Shown: one piece after another, positions 43,060 through 53,152 of the stretch
Numbering within the stretch: position 1 is the first letter of the stretch
How the letters are laid out: each line of letters opens with the position of its first letter
Source: Candidatus Cloacimonadales bacterium
GTDB taxonomy: Bacteria; Cloacimonadota; Cloacimonadia; Cloacimonadales; JAFGVF01
Direction of reading: 5' to 3'
Length of the DNA stretch: 64,000 nt
Assembly (NCBI GenBank): GCA_963662585.1
Contig: OY759729.1
Location: forward strand, 2,176,001-2,240,000
Program-made: the position numbers and the translations under genes
The notes under the pieces: generated by a model
Told to the model about the DNA's origin: nothing
The model's input: only the letters and a program-made list of their open reading frames with translations
Databases searched by the model: none

Positions 43060-43810
43060 ACTCTTAAATCCCCAAAGGGGATAAATAGTTTAGCCCAGGG
43101 TAAAAGCCTGAAAGGCTTGCAACCCTGGGTACTTGGTGATAAACAAACCTTACCCTGAAAGGGTTAAATAAATTAATCCCACATATATTGTTCATCAATT
43201 TCCATGTTGTTTTTTGTCATGAACATTCTGAGTTCTTCTTGGAATGAGATTTTTTTATGATGTTCGTTTTGCTTGTTAATGTAATTGATTGTTACTTGTT
43301 TTTGTGCTTGACCAACGGAAAATCCACCATAACCTGCTTGCCAATAAAAGTTAGTATATTCATCGCCTTTTGTTTTGATCCACTTAGATGTAGCTCTTTT
43401 AATCTCTCCTATTATGTCCTTAAAACAAATATTCTTTGATAAATTGAAAAAAATATGGATATGATCTTCATACCCTCCAATACAAATCGGATATGAATCA
43501 TTTTCGTAGATTATTTTGGCAATATATGAATATAATTGTTCACGAATATCAGAATTTTTTAAAAAAGGTACTCTATTCTTGGTAGAAAATACAAGATGCA
43601 TATAAATTTGAGAAACAGACTGTGACATGAATAGCACCACCTTATATTAATTAAGCAATATTTATTTAATATTCATTATTTGTCAAATAATTATATTTAT
43701 GTATCCCTTACAGGGATTTTCTCAGATGGAAACCATCTTACCCAGGGTTGCAAGCCTTTCAGGCTTTTACCCTGGGCTAAACTATTTATCCCCTTTAGGG
43801 ATTTAAGAGT
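43060..43810 (-). mobile_element. IS200-like / REP-associated Y1 transposase locus bounded by 72-bp inverted repeats
   Basis: 43060-43131 and 43739-43810 are inverted copies with 1 mismatch; each contains CCC..AAGGG and CCCAGGG...CCCTGGG hairpins. Confidence 0.85.
43173..43640 (-). CDS. tnpA: HUH Y1 transposase (IS200/IS605 TnpA or RAYT-like)
   Basis: HLVFSTKNR, HUH motif DHIH, WQAGYGGFSV, catalytic YINKQ. The true start may be MSQSVS at 43628. Confidence 0.9.
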   Translation of the reverse strand: MVLFMSQSVSQIYMHLVFSTKNRVPFLKNSDIREQLYSYIAKIIYENDSYPICIGGYEDHIHIFFNLSKNICFKDIIGEIKRATSKWIKTKGDEYTNFYWQAGYGGFSVGQAQKQVTINYINKQNEHHKKISFQEELRMFMTKNNMEIDEQYMWD

Positions 43811-44009
43811 TATCTACTCAGGATTAAATCTTATCTAACAGACAAAATTTGATATAAATAGCACATAATTACTTGATACTTTCTATTTTACAACACTTTA
43901 CTATATGAAAAGCCTCCATTTCTTTACCAGACTTGAACTTGAGCCTTTTTTAATTATACTTTAATGCAAACAAGGCTTAAGATCTTGGCTAAAAGTGGAA
44001 TAACATTAT

Positions 44010-44033
44010 AGGGGCGAAGCTTGCTTCGCCCCT
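44010..44033. repeat. REP-like palindrome / terminator
   Basis: AGGGGCGAAGC-TT-GCTTCGCCCCT; related copy GGGCGAAAGATGTTTCGCCCCTACA at 61821-61845. Confidence 0.7.
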
Positions 44034-44047
44034 TAATCTTATAAATC

Positions 44048-47000
44048 TTAATTTTTGAGCTTTCTTTTTAGAGAGCTACTCTTAAATTTTGTCCTTATCA
44101 CTCTTCGAGCTTGAGCTTCATCAGTAGTAGCTACAACTCTGAAGAAGGCTATTCTTTCAGTTGTAGGATAGTTAACAGTATATTCTGTTTCACTAGTGTA
44201 GATGTATTCCTCATTTATCAAGTCGAAAGTTGGGCTATCACTCATGTATATCTTATAGCCGTTGGCTCCTAGAACAGGCTCCCAGGAAATGGTAAGTCCT
44301 GTACCTTGGTTATTTTCCAAGATAGATATTTCAGGACTAGTAAGAGCTACTTGGCTATTACTAAAGCCAGGTGTTGGTGAAGTAAATTCTTGCCAGATGT
44401 CTGCACCATCGGGGTTTCTTCCATAAGAATTATCAGGTGTAATAGCATAAGCTGGAACTTGATCAATAATTGTATTATCTGAGACACGAGTAAGTGTTAT
44501 ATCCTCTCCTCCTGCACTAATTTTAAAGTTAGTATGAATCTCTCCGTTAGCTGCTACTACATTTTGATCTGAAGCCCATATTTGAACAAATTCACCAGCT
44601 GGAAGCAGATATTCAGGGAAGATCCATTTATTTAAGAAAGTAGAATCATCAGATAGGTAATAGTTATTAAGCTGAACTTCTACATCTCCATTGTTATAGA
44701 TTTCAATCCAATCAGATTGTGTGCCAAAGTAGTCAACAAAACCATCACTTGTAAGATTATCATTTTTGCTTAATAATTCGTTTATAAGAAGAGAAGTTAC
44801 TGGGGCAGTAGATGATATGAAGTTAGCTGTTAGAGATATATCTTGGGTAAGGGTTAGGGTAATAGTCTCTTCAGAATCAAGAACTTGACCTGTCCAACCA
44901 GCAAAAACATAGCCAGCTTTAGGGATAGCAGTTATTTGGATAGCTACACCATTAAAGTAATCACCATTCCAAGGGTAAAGATTATCTGTATCTACACCTG
45001 GGCAATTCTCATCAATCACGATAGAAGATATTTGGATAATACCTTGAGCTTCATCGTTAACATCTAGGCTAACATTAGAAACACCATCAATAAAGGGGAA
45101 TTTATCTATATAGTGTTCCTGCACATTTGCTATTCTTACTTCCACAAAATCCCTTAATGCATCAACTCTTGTATTCCAAGAGGTCATGTCTTCAGGAGAA
45201 GACCATCTTTGAGTATGGAATTCCATTTCATGGTTTATTCTAGCTTTCATCTCTTCGATTAATGCTTCAGCTCTAGCTTGTCTAAAGTTAGTGTTTAAGA
45301 GGTCAGCAGTTCTATTAATGAATCTATCTCTAAACTCAGCTGAACCTGATTTAGGGTTTGGATTTGCAGAGTTTTCGGGATAATCACCGATTAGACTTCG
45401 GGCAAGAAGTCTGAACTTATCTTGCCAGTTATTGTGCCATGTAGTAGCATCTTCTAGGGTGTTTGCATTAGCCGTACCACTATATTCACCTAATCCACTA
45501 TCAAGGTCATACAAGAACCATCTCCATTTACCATCATGACCATAGCCTAGATTAGCATCAATGTTAGGGCCATTTTTTCTCCAAATTTTTAGGTTGTTGT
45601 AAGGCCAGTCATAGTTTGCTGCGTAAATTTCAGTAATATAATAATCTAGGAAGTTATCTAAATCTACTCTATCTTCGACAAATTGGAAGTTATCGGCGTC
45701 TGCTAAATCATTATTTTCTAAGAATGTTCGTAATTCATTAAAAGCAGTATTAGTTCCATTCTCTGTAACAAAGCTGTTAGCATAAGCTATTATATCAACT
45801 TCATCTTGAGAAACGCCATAGACCTCTTCAACATGGTCTTCATCAAAGCGATTTCTAATATTATGAAGTCCCCAATATTCACCATTTAGGAAGAGAACAA
45901 TAGGTTTATAGTCCATAGTATTAATATTAGTTCCTTTAGCAAGGGTATGAATATAAGCATCACGGAAGTTTGTTTTATTAGAATCTTGTCCTGAGTTTCT
46001 TACTATGAACTTATGGAATTCAGTTTGATTGTTGTCAGGGAATAGTTGATATTCAAACGAATCTCCACCATACTCATCTCTAGCGTATAATCTAAGTGAT
46101 TTTCTATTGCGTCTTGTAGATGCTCCACCGTGGATTCTAGCACCAGCTTTACGAGACATTGAGAGCTCTAAACCAGCATCAAAGTATTCAAGATAAACTT
46201 CTCTTTCCCATTCGATACCAGATTGGTAATAATTAGACTCTTGCCATTCATCTTGGCCTCCATCTACAAAGCCACTTCCTGGCACATAGATACCACTATC
46301 ATCACCAAAGAAGTTTTCGTAATCGGTTGAAATCGACATCACTGATAAATCGAATCTTGTAGTAATCCCTTGGCCAACGAAGTAGGTTTTGGTAACTACT
46401 TGGCTTGGGTCATAACCTTCCCCCATAACAAGGCATTTTAACACAGTCGCTTTTTCGATAAGTGCTTGAGGAGAAACCCAAAAATCATTTTCTTGCTGAT
46501 ATTCAGAGGAGCTTACAGGAATCGTTGTCCTAATCTCAGAGAGAACATTAGCTTCATTCATCCTAGAAGCAATAGTTAATGGACCGGTATATACATTAGA
46601 AGATTCAGTTGGAGTAGAACCATCTAAAGTATAATAAATAGTGCCATTTGCATTAGGGTTAGTAAGCGTAACTACCTGAGTCTCTTCATAGAAGCCAGCA
46701 TTGATATCAACACTACACTCTTCTAAGATTGGGAAAGCATCTGATTCATTAATGATCCCAGGAGTAGGACTTGTAAAAATAGCGAAATATGAAGTGTGAT
46801 TTGATATTCTTCCATAAGAATTATCTTCAGGGATATATATAGCATCAACTTCATCAATCACTTGGGAGTTTATAAAGGAAAGAGCAATATCTTCTCCAGC
46901 CCCACTAATCTTAAAGTTGCTATGAAGTTCACTATTGCTATAAAGACTATCATTGCTAGAACACCATATTAGCATATAACTATTAGCCTCTAATATTGTA

Positions 47001-49969
47001 TTAGGGAATAGCCATTTATCAAGCTGAGTGATGTCATCAGTTAGACCAAATCCTCTTAGATTAATAGGGTAATCTTTCTGATTCCAGATCTCTATCCAGT
47101 CAGAGTAATCTCCTTCAATATCTGTAATTATACTTCCGTTATCAGAGCATATTTCATTAATAAAGATAGCTTGGTTTAAATTATAGGATAACTCATTTCT
47201 GTTGTTGGGGGTCGGGGTTAAAGTCTCTTCCCAAAGAGCAATATTGTCCCACTTTCTAGCCATTGCAGCATTCTCACCAATTACTGCTACCGGTATAGAA
47301 TCAATAATACTAATACTATCGACATGGGCTAAATAAAGGGTCTCCGAGCTACTAAGTTTAAAGTTCGTGTGCATTTCATTATTATCATCTGTCATGTCAG
47401 CATTATCAGCCCAGAAAATTATAATTTCATTTGGGGTAAGAGTTCGAGCAGGGATTTCCCATTTACCTAAGTTGTTTGGATCATCTGACAGATAAAGACC
47501 TGCTAAATCGACATCTTGAGTACCATAATTTATAAGTTCAAACCAATCTCCATCGTCTCCATTTATATCATGATAATAACCGCTATTTGAAGCCATAACC
47601 TCATTAATATAAATCGGTATTTCAGGTAATTCATATATTGGATTTAATAGATTAGGTGAAGGAGTGAGATATTCATATACTAATTCATAGCCATTAGGAT
47701 AGCGACCTAAACTAATATCCTCAGAAGTTGGATAAGCATAAAAAGTATCAATAATATTATTTCCATCAGAATCTACTAAAAAGACTTCTTCTCCATTAGA
47801 GGAGATAGAGAAATTTGTATGAATTTCATTATTTGGATAAATAGTATCATCTCCACTACACCAAACTAGTGCTACTTCTCCAGGAAGAATTTCTAGTTGT
47901 GGGAATGTCCATTTAGTGTAGTTGGTCCAATCATCAGAAAGGAACATACCGGTCAGGTCAAGAGGATTGACACTACTATTATAAATCTCAAGCCAATCGG
48001 AAGCCCTTCCATTAGCATCAAGATGTAAGGCTAAACCATTAGCCATGACTTCATTAATGAAAAGATCGTCATTTTGGTTAGCAAATAAATTGCTGTGATA
48101 TGGGCTAGGAGTGGCGGTAATTTCCCACTCAAGTTCTCCTAAAGCATAGCTCTCATTAGCATTTAAAGTAGGCACTGCTACAGCTGAATATTCAATATTA
48201 TCTCTACCTGTAAGAATTACATCTTCGCCATTGGCAGAAATACTGAAGTTTGTATGATTACTAGTATTCTTGCCAGAAGCCCAAACAACATGGTATTCAT
48301 TGGGGAGAAGAGCAATATTATCAAAGTTCCACATGTTTGGCTCACTAGGATCATCTGAGAGATTAAAGTAGTTTAAATTTATCGGGAATAATCCTTCATT
48401 CTTAATTTCAAGCCAATCGCTATTCTCGCCATTTTCATCAAACATAAAGTCTTTGTTGCTAGACATAACTTCTGTTAGAATCACAGAGATAGCTGAATCT
48501 TGAATCTCATTAGCACTACCCGGAGTCGGGGTAGCCAGAACATTTAGGAAGTTACTATCGAATGATGCTCTTCCAAAAGAATAGTCTTCAGGAATTTCAA
48601 TTGCTCTAACTGAATCAATTACAGTAATATGATCTACAAAAGTTAGATAGACACTTTCACCCCCGTTTTTTAACTTGAAGTTGGTATTTAGACTATTATT
48701 ATAGACATTATCTTCATTATTACACCAGACTACTAATCTTTCATTAGGGGCAATTATCCCTTGCGGAATTCTCCATTTTGTTAAATCTTCATTGTCGTCG
48801 GAGAGATAGTAATCTGCTATATCAATATCGTTTGTTCCTCTATTATATAGCTCAATCCAATCAGATTGAAGTCCATACTCATCAAGAAATTCAGCTCCAG
48901 TAAGTGAAGAATTATCATACATTACTTCAGAAATCACTAAATCATCTGTTAAAATATTATCAGGAGTATCTTCGTGAATAAACTCAGTATAGCCTATTTT
49001 CCAAAGGAGGTTATCAGTGGCTGTACCACCATCAGATGAATACCATACCTTAAAGTTTAAGTGATTATTAATAGGGTAGGCCATGATAGATGACCTGTAA
49101 ATTAGACTATCCCATGAATTACTATCACCGCTTAAAATAGGGCTTTGGCCAACCTCCCAAGTTAAACCATCATCAGAGACTGCTAAATAGAGACTTCCCC
49201 CTCTTGTAGTTCCTGCCATACCAACAGAGGCTAACATATAGTATTTACCCTCAATGAAAGTAACATCTAAATGCCATATTTCACTTGTCGGAGTTATCAT
49301 GGTTAAGTCAGTTGCGATAGGATTAGACCAAGAACTTGTTAAATTGTCAGTAGTTCTCAAATTTATAGTTCTTGGACTTGTTTTAGTATTAACAGTCCAC
49401 ATCTTAAAATTATCATTATCTCTGACAATTGCTGGTGAAAGAATTCTCTCAGTATTACTTCCATTTACAACAAAGACCATCTGGTTAGCACTCCAGTTAA
49501 GGCCATCAGTAGAATAGACATAGTTAAGGGTCTCATCTCGCCAACCACTATGCTCACGCCAAAATACATACATTATACTATTATCTTCAGACATCACCAT
49601 ATCTGGATCAGAGTGGTAGTAGTTGTTGGCATCATAAGTTTCAGGGAAAGGAGTCATTATTGGATTAGTTAAGCCTGCCGGTACTTCCCAGACTAGACCA
49701 TCATGAGAAACAGCTATGCTGGGATTTTCATATTGAGCATCTGAACTAGGGAAGGGGGTATATACCATCCAATATTCATAACCATTCCAGCCATTTTCAA
49801 AGTAGTGAACATCAGGGTGTACCACTTCGTTATTCCCCACTATATAAGATTCTATATCTAAAGGGTTAGGGGCATTGCTCGCACTATAACCATTAATATC
49901 TAGCTGGATTATTCCAGAACAAAAACTGAAAGTCATTAAAATAGAAAATATTGCCAGAATTTTTTTCAT
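44048..49969 (-). CDS. Giant secreted protein: beta-propeller (glycosidase-like) domain, multiple lamin-tail domains, CHB_HEX_C-like domain, CotH kinase, C-terminal FN3-like domain
   Basis: Signal peptide; six INE(V/I)M...DWIE(L/I)YN...YLSDD...NFK...TPTPG repeats; IYYTLDGSTPT; CotH motifs LFLNGEYWGLH, NYDWPYNN, WRWFLYDLD. Confidence 0.85.
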   Translation of the reverse strand: MKKILAIFSILMTFSFCSGIIQLDINGYSASNAPNPLDIESYIVGNNEVVHPDVHYFENGWNGYEYWMVYTPFPSSDAQYENPSIAVSHDGLVWEVPAGLTNPIMTPFPETYDANNYYHSDPDMVMSEDNSIMYVFWREHSGWRDETLNYVYSTDGLNWSANQMVFVVNGSNTERILSPAIVRDNDNFKMWTVNTKTSPRTINLRTTDNLTSSWSNPIATDLTMITPTSEIWHLDVTFIEGKYYMLASVGMAGTTRGGSLYLAVSDDGLTWEVGQSPILSGDSNSWDSLIYRSSIMAYPINNHLNFKVWYSSDGGTATDNLLWKIGYTEFIHEDTPDNILTDDLVISEVMYDNSSLTGAEFLDEYGLQSDWIELYNRGTNDIDIADYYLSDDNEDLTKWRIPQGIIAPNERLVVWCNNEDNVYNNSLNTNFKLKNGGESVYLTFVDHITVIDSVRAIEIPEDYSFGRASFDSNFLNVLATPTPGSANEIQDSAISVILTEVMSSNKDFMFDENGENSDWLEIKNEGLFPINLNYFNLSDDPSEPNMWNFDNIALLPNEYHVVWASGKNTSNHTNFSISANGEDVILTGRDNIEYSAVAVPTLNANESYALGELEWEITATPSPYHSNLFANQNDDLFINEVMANGLALHLDANGRASDWLEIYNSSVNPLDLTGMFLSDDWTNYTKWTFPQLEILPGEVALVWCSGDDTIYPNNEIHTNFSISSNGEEVFLVDSDGNNIIDTFYAYPTSEDISLGRYPNGYELVYEYLTPSPNLLNPIYELPEIPIYINEVMASNSGYYHDINGDDGDWFELINYGTQDVDLAGLYLSDDPNNLGKWEIPARTLTPNEIIIFWADNADMTDDNNEMHTNFKLSSSETLYLAHVDSISIIDSIPVAVIGENAAMARKWDNIALWEETLTPTPNNRNELSYNLNQAIFINEICSDNGSIITDIEGDYSDWIEIWNQKDYPINLRGFGLTDDITQLDKWLFPNTILEANSYMLIWCSSNDSLYSNSELHSNFKISGAGEDIALSFINSQVIDEVDAIYIPEDNSYGRISNHTSYFAIFTSPTPGIINESDAFPILEECSVDINAGFYEETQVVTLTNPNANGTIYYTLDGSTPTESSNVYTGPLTIASRMNEANVLSEIRTTIPVSSSEYQQENDFWVSPQALIEKATVLKCLVMGEGYDPSQVVTKTYFVGQGITTRFDLSVMSISTDYENFFGDDSGIYVPGSGFVDGGQDEWQESNYYQSGIEWEREVYLEYFDAGLELSMSRKAGARIHGGASTRRNRKSLRLYARDEYGGDSFEYQLFPDNNQTEFHKFIVRNSGQDSNKTNFRDAYIHTLAKGTNINTMDYKPIVLFLNGEYWGLHNIRNRFDEDHVEEVYGVSQDEVDIIAYANSFVTENGTNTAFNELRTFLENNDLADADNFQFVEDRVDLDNFLDYYITEIYAANYDWPYNNLKIWRKNGPNIDANLGYGHDGKWRWFLYDLDSGLGEYSGTANANTLEDATTWHNNWQDKFRLLARSLIGDYPENSANPNPKSGSAEFRDRFINRTADLLNTNFRQARAEALIEEMKARINHEMEFHTQRWSSPEDMTSWNTRVDALRDFVEVRIANVQEHYIDKFPFIDGVSNVSLDVNDEAQGIIQISSIVIDENCPGVDTDNLYPWNGDYFNGVAIQITAIPKAGYVFAGWTGQVLDSEETITLTLTQDISLTANFISSTAPVTSLLINELLSKNDNLTSDGFVDYFGTQSDWIEIYNNGDVEVQLNNYYLSDDSTFLNKWIFPEYLLPAGEFVQIWASDQNVVAANGEIHTNFKISAGGEDITLTRVSDNTIIDQVPAYAITPDNSYGRNPDGADIWQEFTSPTPGFSNSQVALTSPEISILENNQGTGLTISWEPVLGANGYKIYMSDSPTFDLINEEYIYTSETEYTVNYPTTERIAFFRVVATTDEAQARRVIRTKFKSSSLKRKLKN

Positions 49970-50303
49970 TATTCCTCCCGAATATATAGTTATCTGTTAT
50001 TGATTTTAAAAACTATTTAACAAATTAAAATATAATTAAATATTACTAGTAAACTACTAAAATTAATAAAACCAATTATTTAGCTTGTAAAATTAGTGTC
50101 CAGTTCTATTTTTCACCCCAAGAGGTCTTAATTGTTTTTTAGAAAGTGAAAAATGTTTTCCTACATTAGTGAGATTCGTAAAATTAATGGATAAATTTTT
50201 TAACTTTTTAGTGTATGTCGTTCCTGTAGGGCTATCTTTAGACACGAGTATTTCTAGATTTTCTATCAGTTAAACACTATTCATCTGCTACTTAGCAATT
50301 CAC

Positions 50304-50568
50304 AGCGGAGAAAATCTCCACAATCCGACAGAAGAGGGATTATCATGCTGTAAACTCCCATCTTTAGTGATTAACTGGGGTTACGGACCTTTAGTCCGTG
50401 AATCTTAAATTCTGGGGTTACGGACCTTTAGTCCGTGAATCTTAAATTCCCCTCTTTAGTGCTGAAAGCACGCTAAAGAGGGGTGGCTGCGAAGCAGACG
50501 GGGTGTTTTAAATCCCCCTCCGTGAGGGGGACACAGGGGGTGTTTTCTTCCTAACTGGGAACGCGGGA
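50304..50568 (+). repeat. REP-like mosaic preceding IS1182 copy 1
   Basis: TCCGACAGAAGAGG module; 2 x 37-bp CTGGGGTTACGGACCTTTAGTCCGTGAATCTTAAATT; CCCCTCTTT..AAAGAGGGG module; TCCCCCTCCGTGAGGGGGA module; TAACTGGGAACGCGGGA. Confidence 0.88.
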
Positions 50569-52287
50569 CAGACTGTGTGAAAATAGATATGTCAACATGT
50601 ATAAATGTTTAATTAATGTATTTATTTTCTTGACAAACAGAACATTATATTTATATTGGAAACATAAATATAGGAGAAATATTATGGACTATAAACAAGG
50701 CAAAGACAGACATCAAATTCAGTTTTTAACCTATGATTCTTTAATAGGAGAAAATCACCTTGTAAGAGTACTAGATCACTTTATAGACGGGCTCGATCTA
50801 GAGAAGTTTAATTTTACCTACACAAAACCAAAACGAGTTGGTAGAAAAGCTTATAATCCTAAATTCATGTTAAAATTGTATGTCTATGGATATCTTAGAG
50901 GAATTGTATCAAGTCGAAAATTAGAGTTAGCTACTCACGAAAATATTCCATTTATATGGCTAATGAAAGAACTAAAACCTGATTTTAAAACAATAGCTGA
51001 TTTCAGAAAAAACAATGTAAAAAATATTAAATCCGTATTTATGGAATTCAATAAATACTCGGTATATATGAATTTAATTGACTTTGAATTATTAGCTATA
51101 GATGGTACTTTTATTGATGCAGTTAACCATAATTCTAAAAATATATCAATAAACAAAATAAACACAATTTTGAAGAAAATAGAAGCTAAATTTGATACAT
51201 TTAATGAACAATATTCGACTAATGACAAAGAACAAGAATCAAAAAATGATAAAAATGAGCAACATTTAGAAAGTATTGAAAAATTAAAAGAAAAAGAAGA
51301 GTTTTATTTAAACTTAAAACAAGAGTTAAAGGATAAGGGTTTAACACAAATTTCATATACAGATCCAGATAGTCGAATGATGCAAAAAGATGGAAGCAAG
51401 AGAGATGTATCGTATAATTGCCAAAGCGTAACAGACTCTAAAAACAATTTATTGTTAATGGTTGATGCCTGTAGTGATAATACAGATGCGAAGCAACTTT
51501 ACAGGATGTCTTCATTAACCAAAGAAGCCTATAATTTGTCAGAATTTTCAGTTGTCGCTGATAAGGGTTATGGTTTTGGTAGAGAGATAAAAAAATGTAA
51601 TGAAGATGGTATTAAAACATATGTAACTATGCAAGATTCAGAGAAAATGAAAGGTACTCCATTCGCAACCTCTAAGTTTAAATATGATAAAATTAATGAT
51701 TGTGTTATTTGTCCTAACAATAGAACATTAATCGCTAGTAGAAAGAGAAATGCTGATAGAGGTCATGAATATGGTAGTCGCAAAACATGCAAAGGTTGTC
51801 CAGATTTAAAAGCTTGTACTAATGACAATAAGCAACAATATAGAACATTTACATTGAATCCTTATTATGAATATGTGGAGAAACAACTTGAAATTAATAA
51901 GGTAAGTAAGAATATACTAAGTCAACGAAAATGTATTGTTGAGCATCCTTTTGGAACAATAAAAAGGGATATGAATCAGGGTAGATTTTTAACGAAAGGC
52001 TTAGAATCTGTTCGTGGTGAGTTTATGTTTACTGCACTGGCATATAATATTAAAAGAGTATTTAACATTCTCGGATTTAATAAAATGATGGACTCCATAA
52101 ATGCCTTTTTTAGGAGAGGTTCGTCCAAAGCTGTCTATTTTGTCAAAAACATAGTACTTTTGCTAAGAATAGCAATAAATATTGCCTTTTCGAGTGCTAA
52201 ATTAGCCTGATACTCGAAATGAACAAAAAATCCAGATTTAAGTTTATCAAAACTCCCTTAAATCAAAAAGTGATTTCACACAGTCTG
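50569..52287 (+). mobile_element. IS1182-family insertion sequence, copy 1 (complete)
   Basis: IRs CAGACTGTGTGAAA / TTTCACACAGTCTG. Target duplication GGA (or GGGA). Removing the element restores the empty site seen at 52684. Confidence 0.92.
50684..52210 (+). CDS. IS1182-family DDE transposase
   Basis: GRKAYNP, YVYGY, SSRKLE, PDFKTIADFRK, AIDGT, TDPDSRMM, ADKGY, VEHPFGTIK. Start placed at MDYKQG after RBS AGGAG. Confidence 0.93.
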   Translation: MDYKQGKDRHQIQFLTYDSLIGENHLVRVLDHFIDGLDLEKFNFTYTKPKRVGRKAYNPKFMLKLYVYGYLRGIVSSRKLELATHENIPFIWLMKELKPDFKTIADFRKNNVKNIKSVFMEFNKYSVYMNLIDFELLAIDGTFIDAVNHNSKNISINKINTILKKIEAKFDTFNEQYSTNDKEQESKNDKNEQHLESIEKLKEKEEFYLNLKQELKDKGLTQISYTDPDSRMMQKDGSKRDVSYNCQSVTDSKNNLLLMVDACSDNTDAKQLYRMSSLTKEAYNLSEFSVVADKGYGFGREIKKCNEDGIKTYVTMQDSEKMKGTPFATSKFKYDKINDCVICPNNRTLIASRKRNADRGHEYGSRKTCKGCPDLKACTNDNKQQYRTFTLNPYYEYVEKQLEINKVSKNILSQRKCIVEHPFGTIKRDMNQGRFLTKGLESVRGEFMFTALAYNIKRVFNILGFNKMMDSINAFFRRGSSKAVYFVKNIVLLLRIAINIAFSSAKLA

Positions 52288-52807
52288 GGATTCCAGCCCG
52301 CACCACCATTCACGAAGGTGAGTGGAGGTAGTTGAAAGTTGTCGGAAGTCGCTACTTCGTGAGCAACTCCCGTCATACTTCACTCCTGCAAAGCAGACAG
52401 GGGGTGTTTTCTTCTATGGAATGGAAGCGTCCCTGCTTCTCATCTTTTCTGGCGGCAGAGACGCCCCCAGTCCATAGGCCCCTGCTTCCATCAGGCTGTA
52501 TAACTGGGGTTACGGACCTTTAGTCCGTGAATCTTAAAATTATGGGGTTACGGACCTTTAGTCCGTGAATCTTAAATTCCCCTCTTTAGTGCTGAAAGCA
52601 CGCGAAAAAGAGGGGTGGCTGCGAAGCAGACGGGGTGTTTTAAATCCCCCTCCGTGAGGGGGACACAGGGGGTGTTTTCTTCCTAACTGGGAACGCGGGA
52701 TTCCAGCCCGCACCACCATTCACGAAGGTGAGTGGTGGTAGTTGAAAGTTGTCGGAAGTCGCTACTTCGTGAGCAACTCCCGTCATACTTCACTCCCAGT
52801 TAAGAAG
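52288..52807 (+). repeat. REP-like mosaic repeating the module order seen before the IS
   Basis: Second half of the interrupted module, then 52501-52807 repeats the 37-bp, CCCCTCT, TCCCCCTCC and TAACTGGGA modules without an IS. Confidence 0.88.
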
Positions 52808-53152
52808 CCCTCATCCAATTCTTCATTCTCTGTTAATTTACTGTTAACTGAAACTTAACGATTAAAACTTGACAACATAATTATACCATTTAAATTTAGT
52901 ATGAATTAGAAGCAAAATATGCTGAAAGGCGTATTATAAGTAGAAAACAATACCACACCATTCTACGCAGATCTTTTATTCATGATAGATAAGTCTATTT
53001 GAGTGCTATAGTTAAAAAATATTTTGTTATAGTAAAAGGGGACTGGTACGCCTCAAATTCCTACTTATCATCAATTCGACTAATGTTGAATAATTTATTA
53101 GTTTTGAACTTATTTTATTTTTCAACTAAAAACCAAAAAATTTGGAGGATAT

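Noticed and set aside
43173..44047. IS605-type element with TnpB/IscB and an omega-RNA
   Set aside because: No RuvC-containing ORF is adjacent to tnpA.
50597..50683. Longer N-terminus for the IS1182 transposase
   Set aside because: This stretch is the IS left end with a TTGACA promoter; the RBS AGGAG precedes the ATG at 50684.
52810..53152. Riboswitch or leader peptide upstream of the giant nuclease
   Set aside because: Only a small hairpin (AATATGC-TGAAAG-GCGTATT) and a TTGACA were seen; no known aptamer signature, and the 73-aa ORF lacks support.
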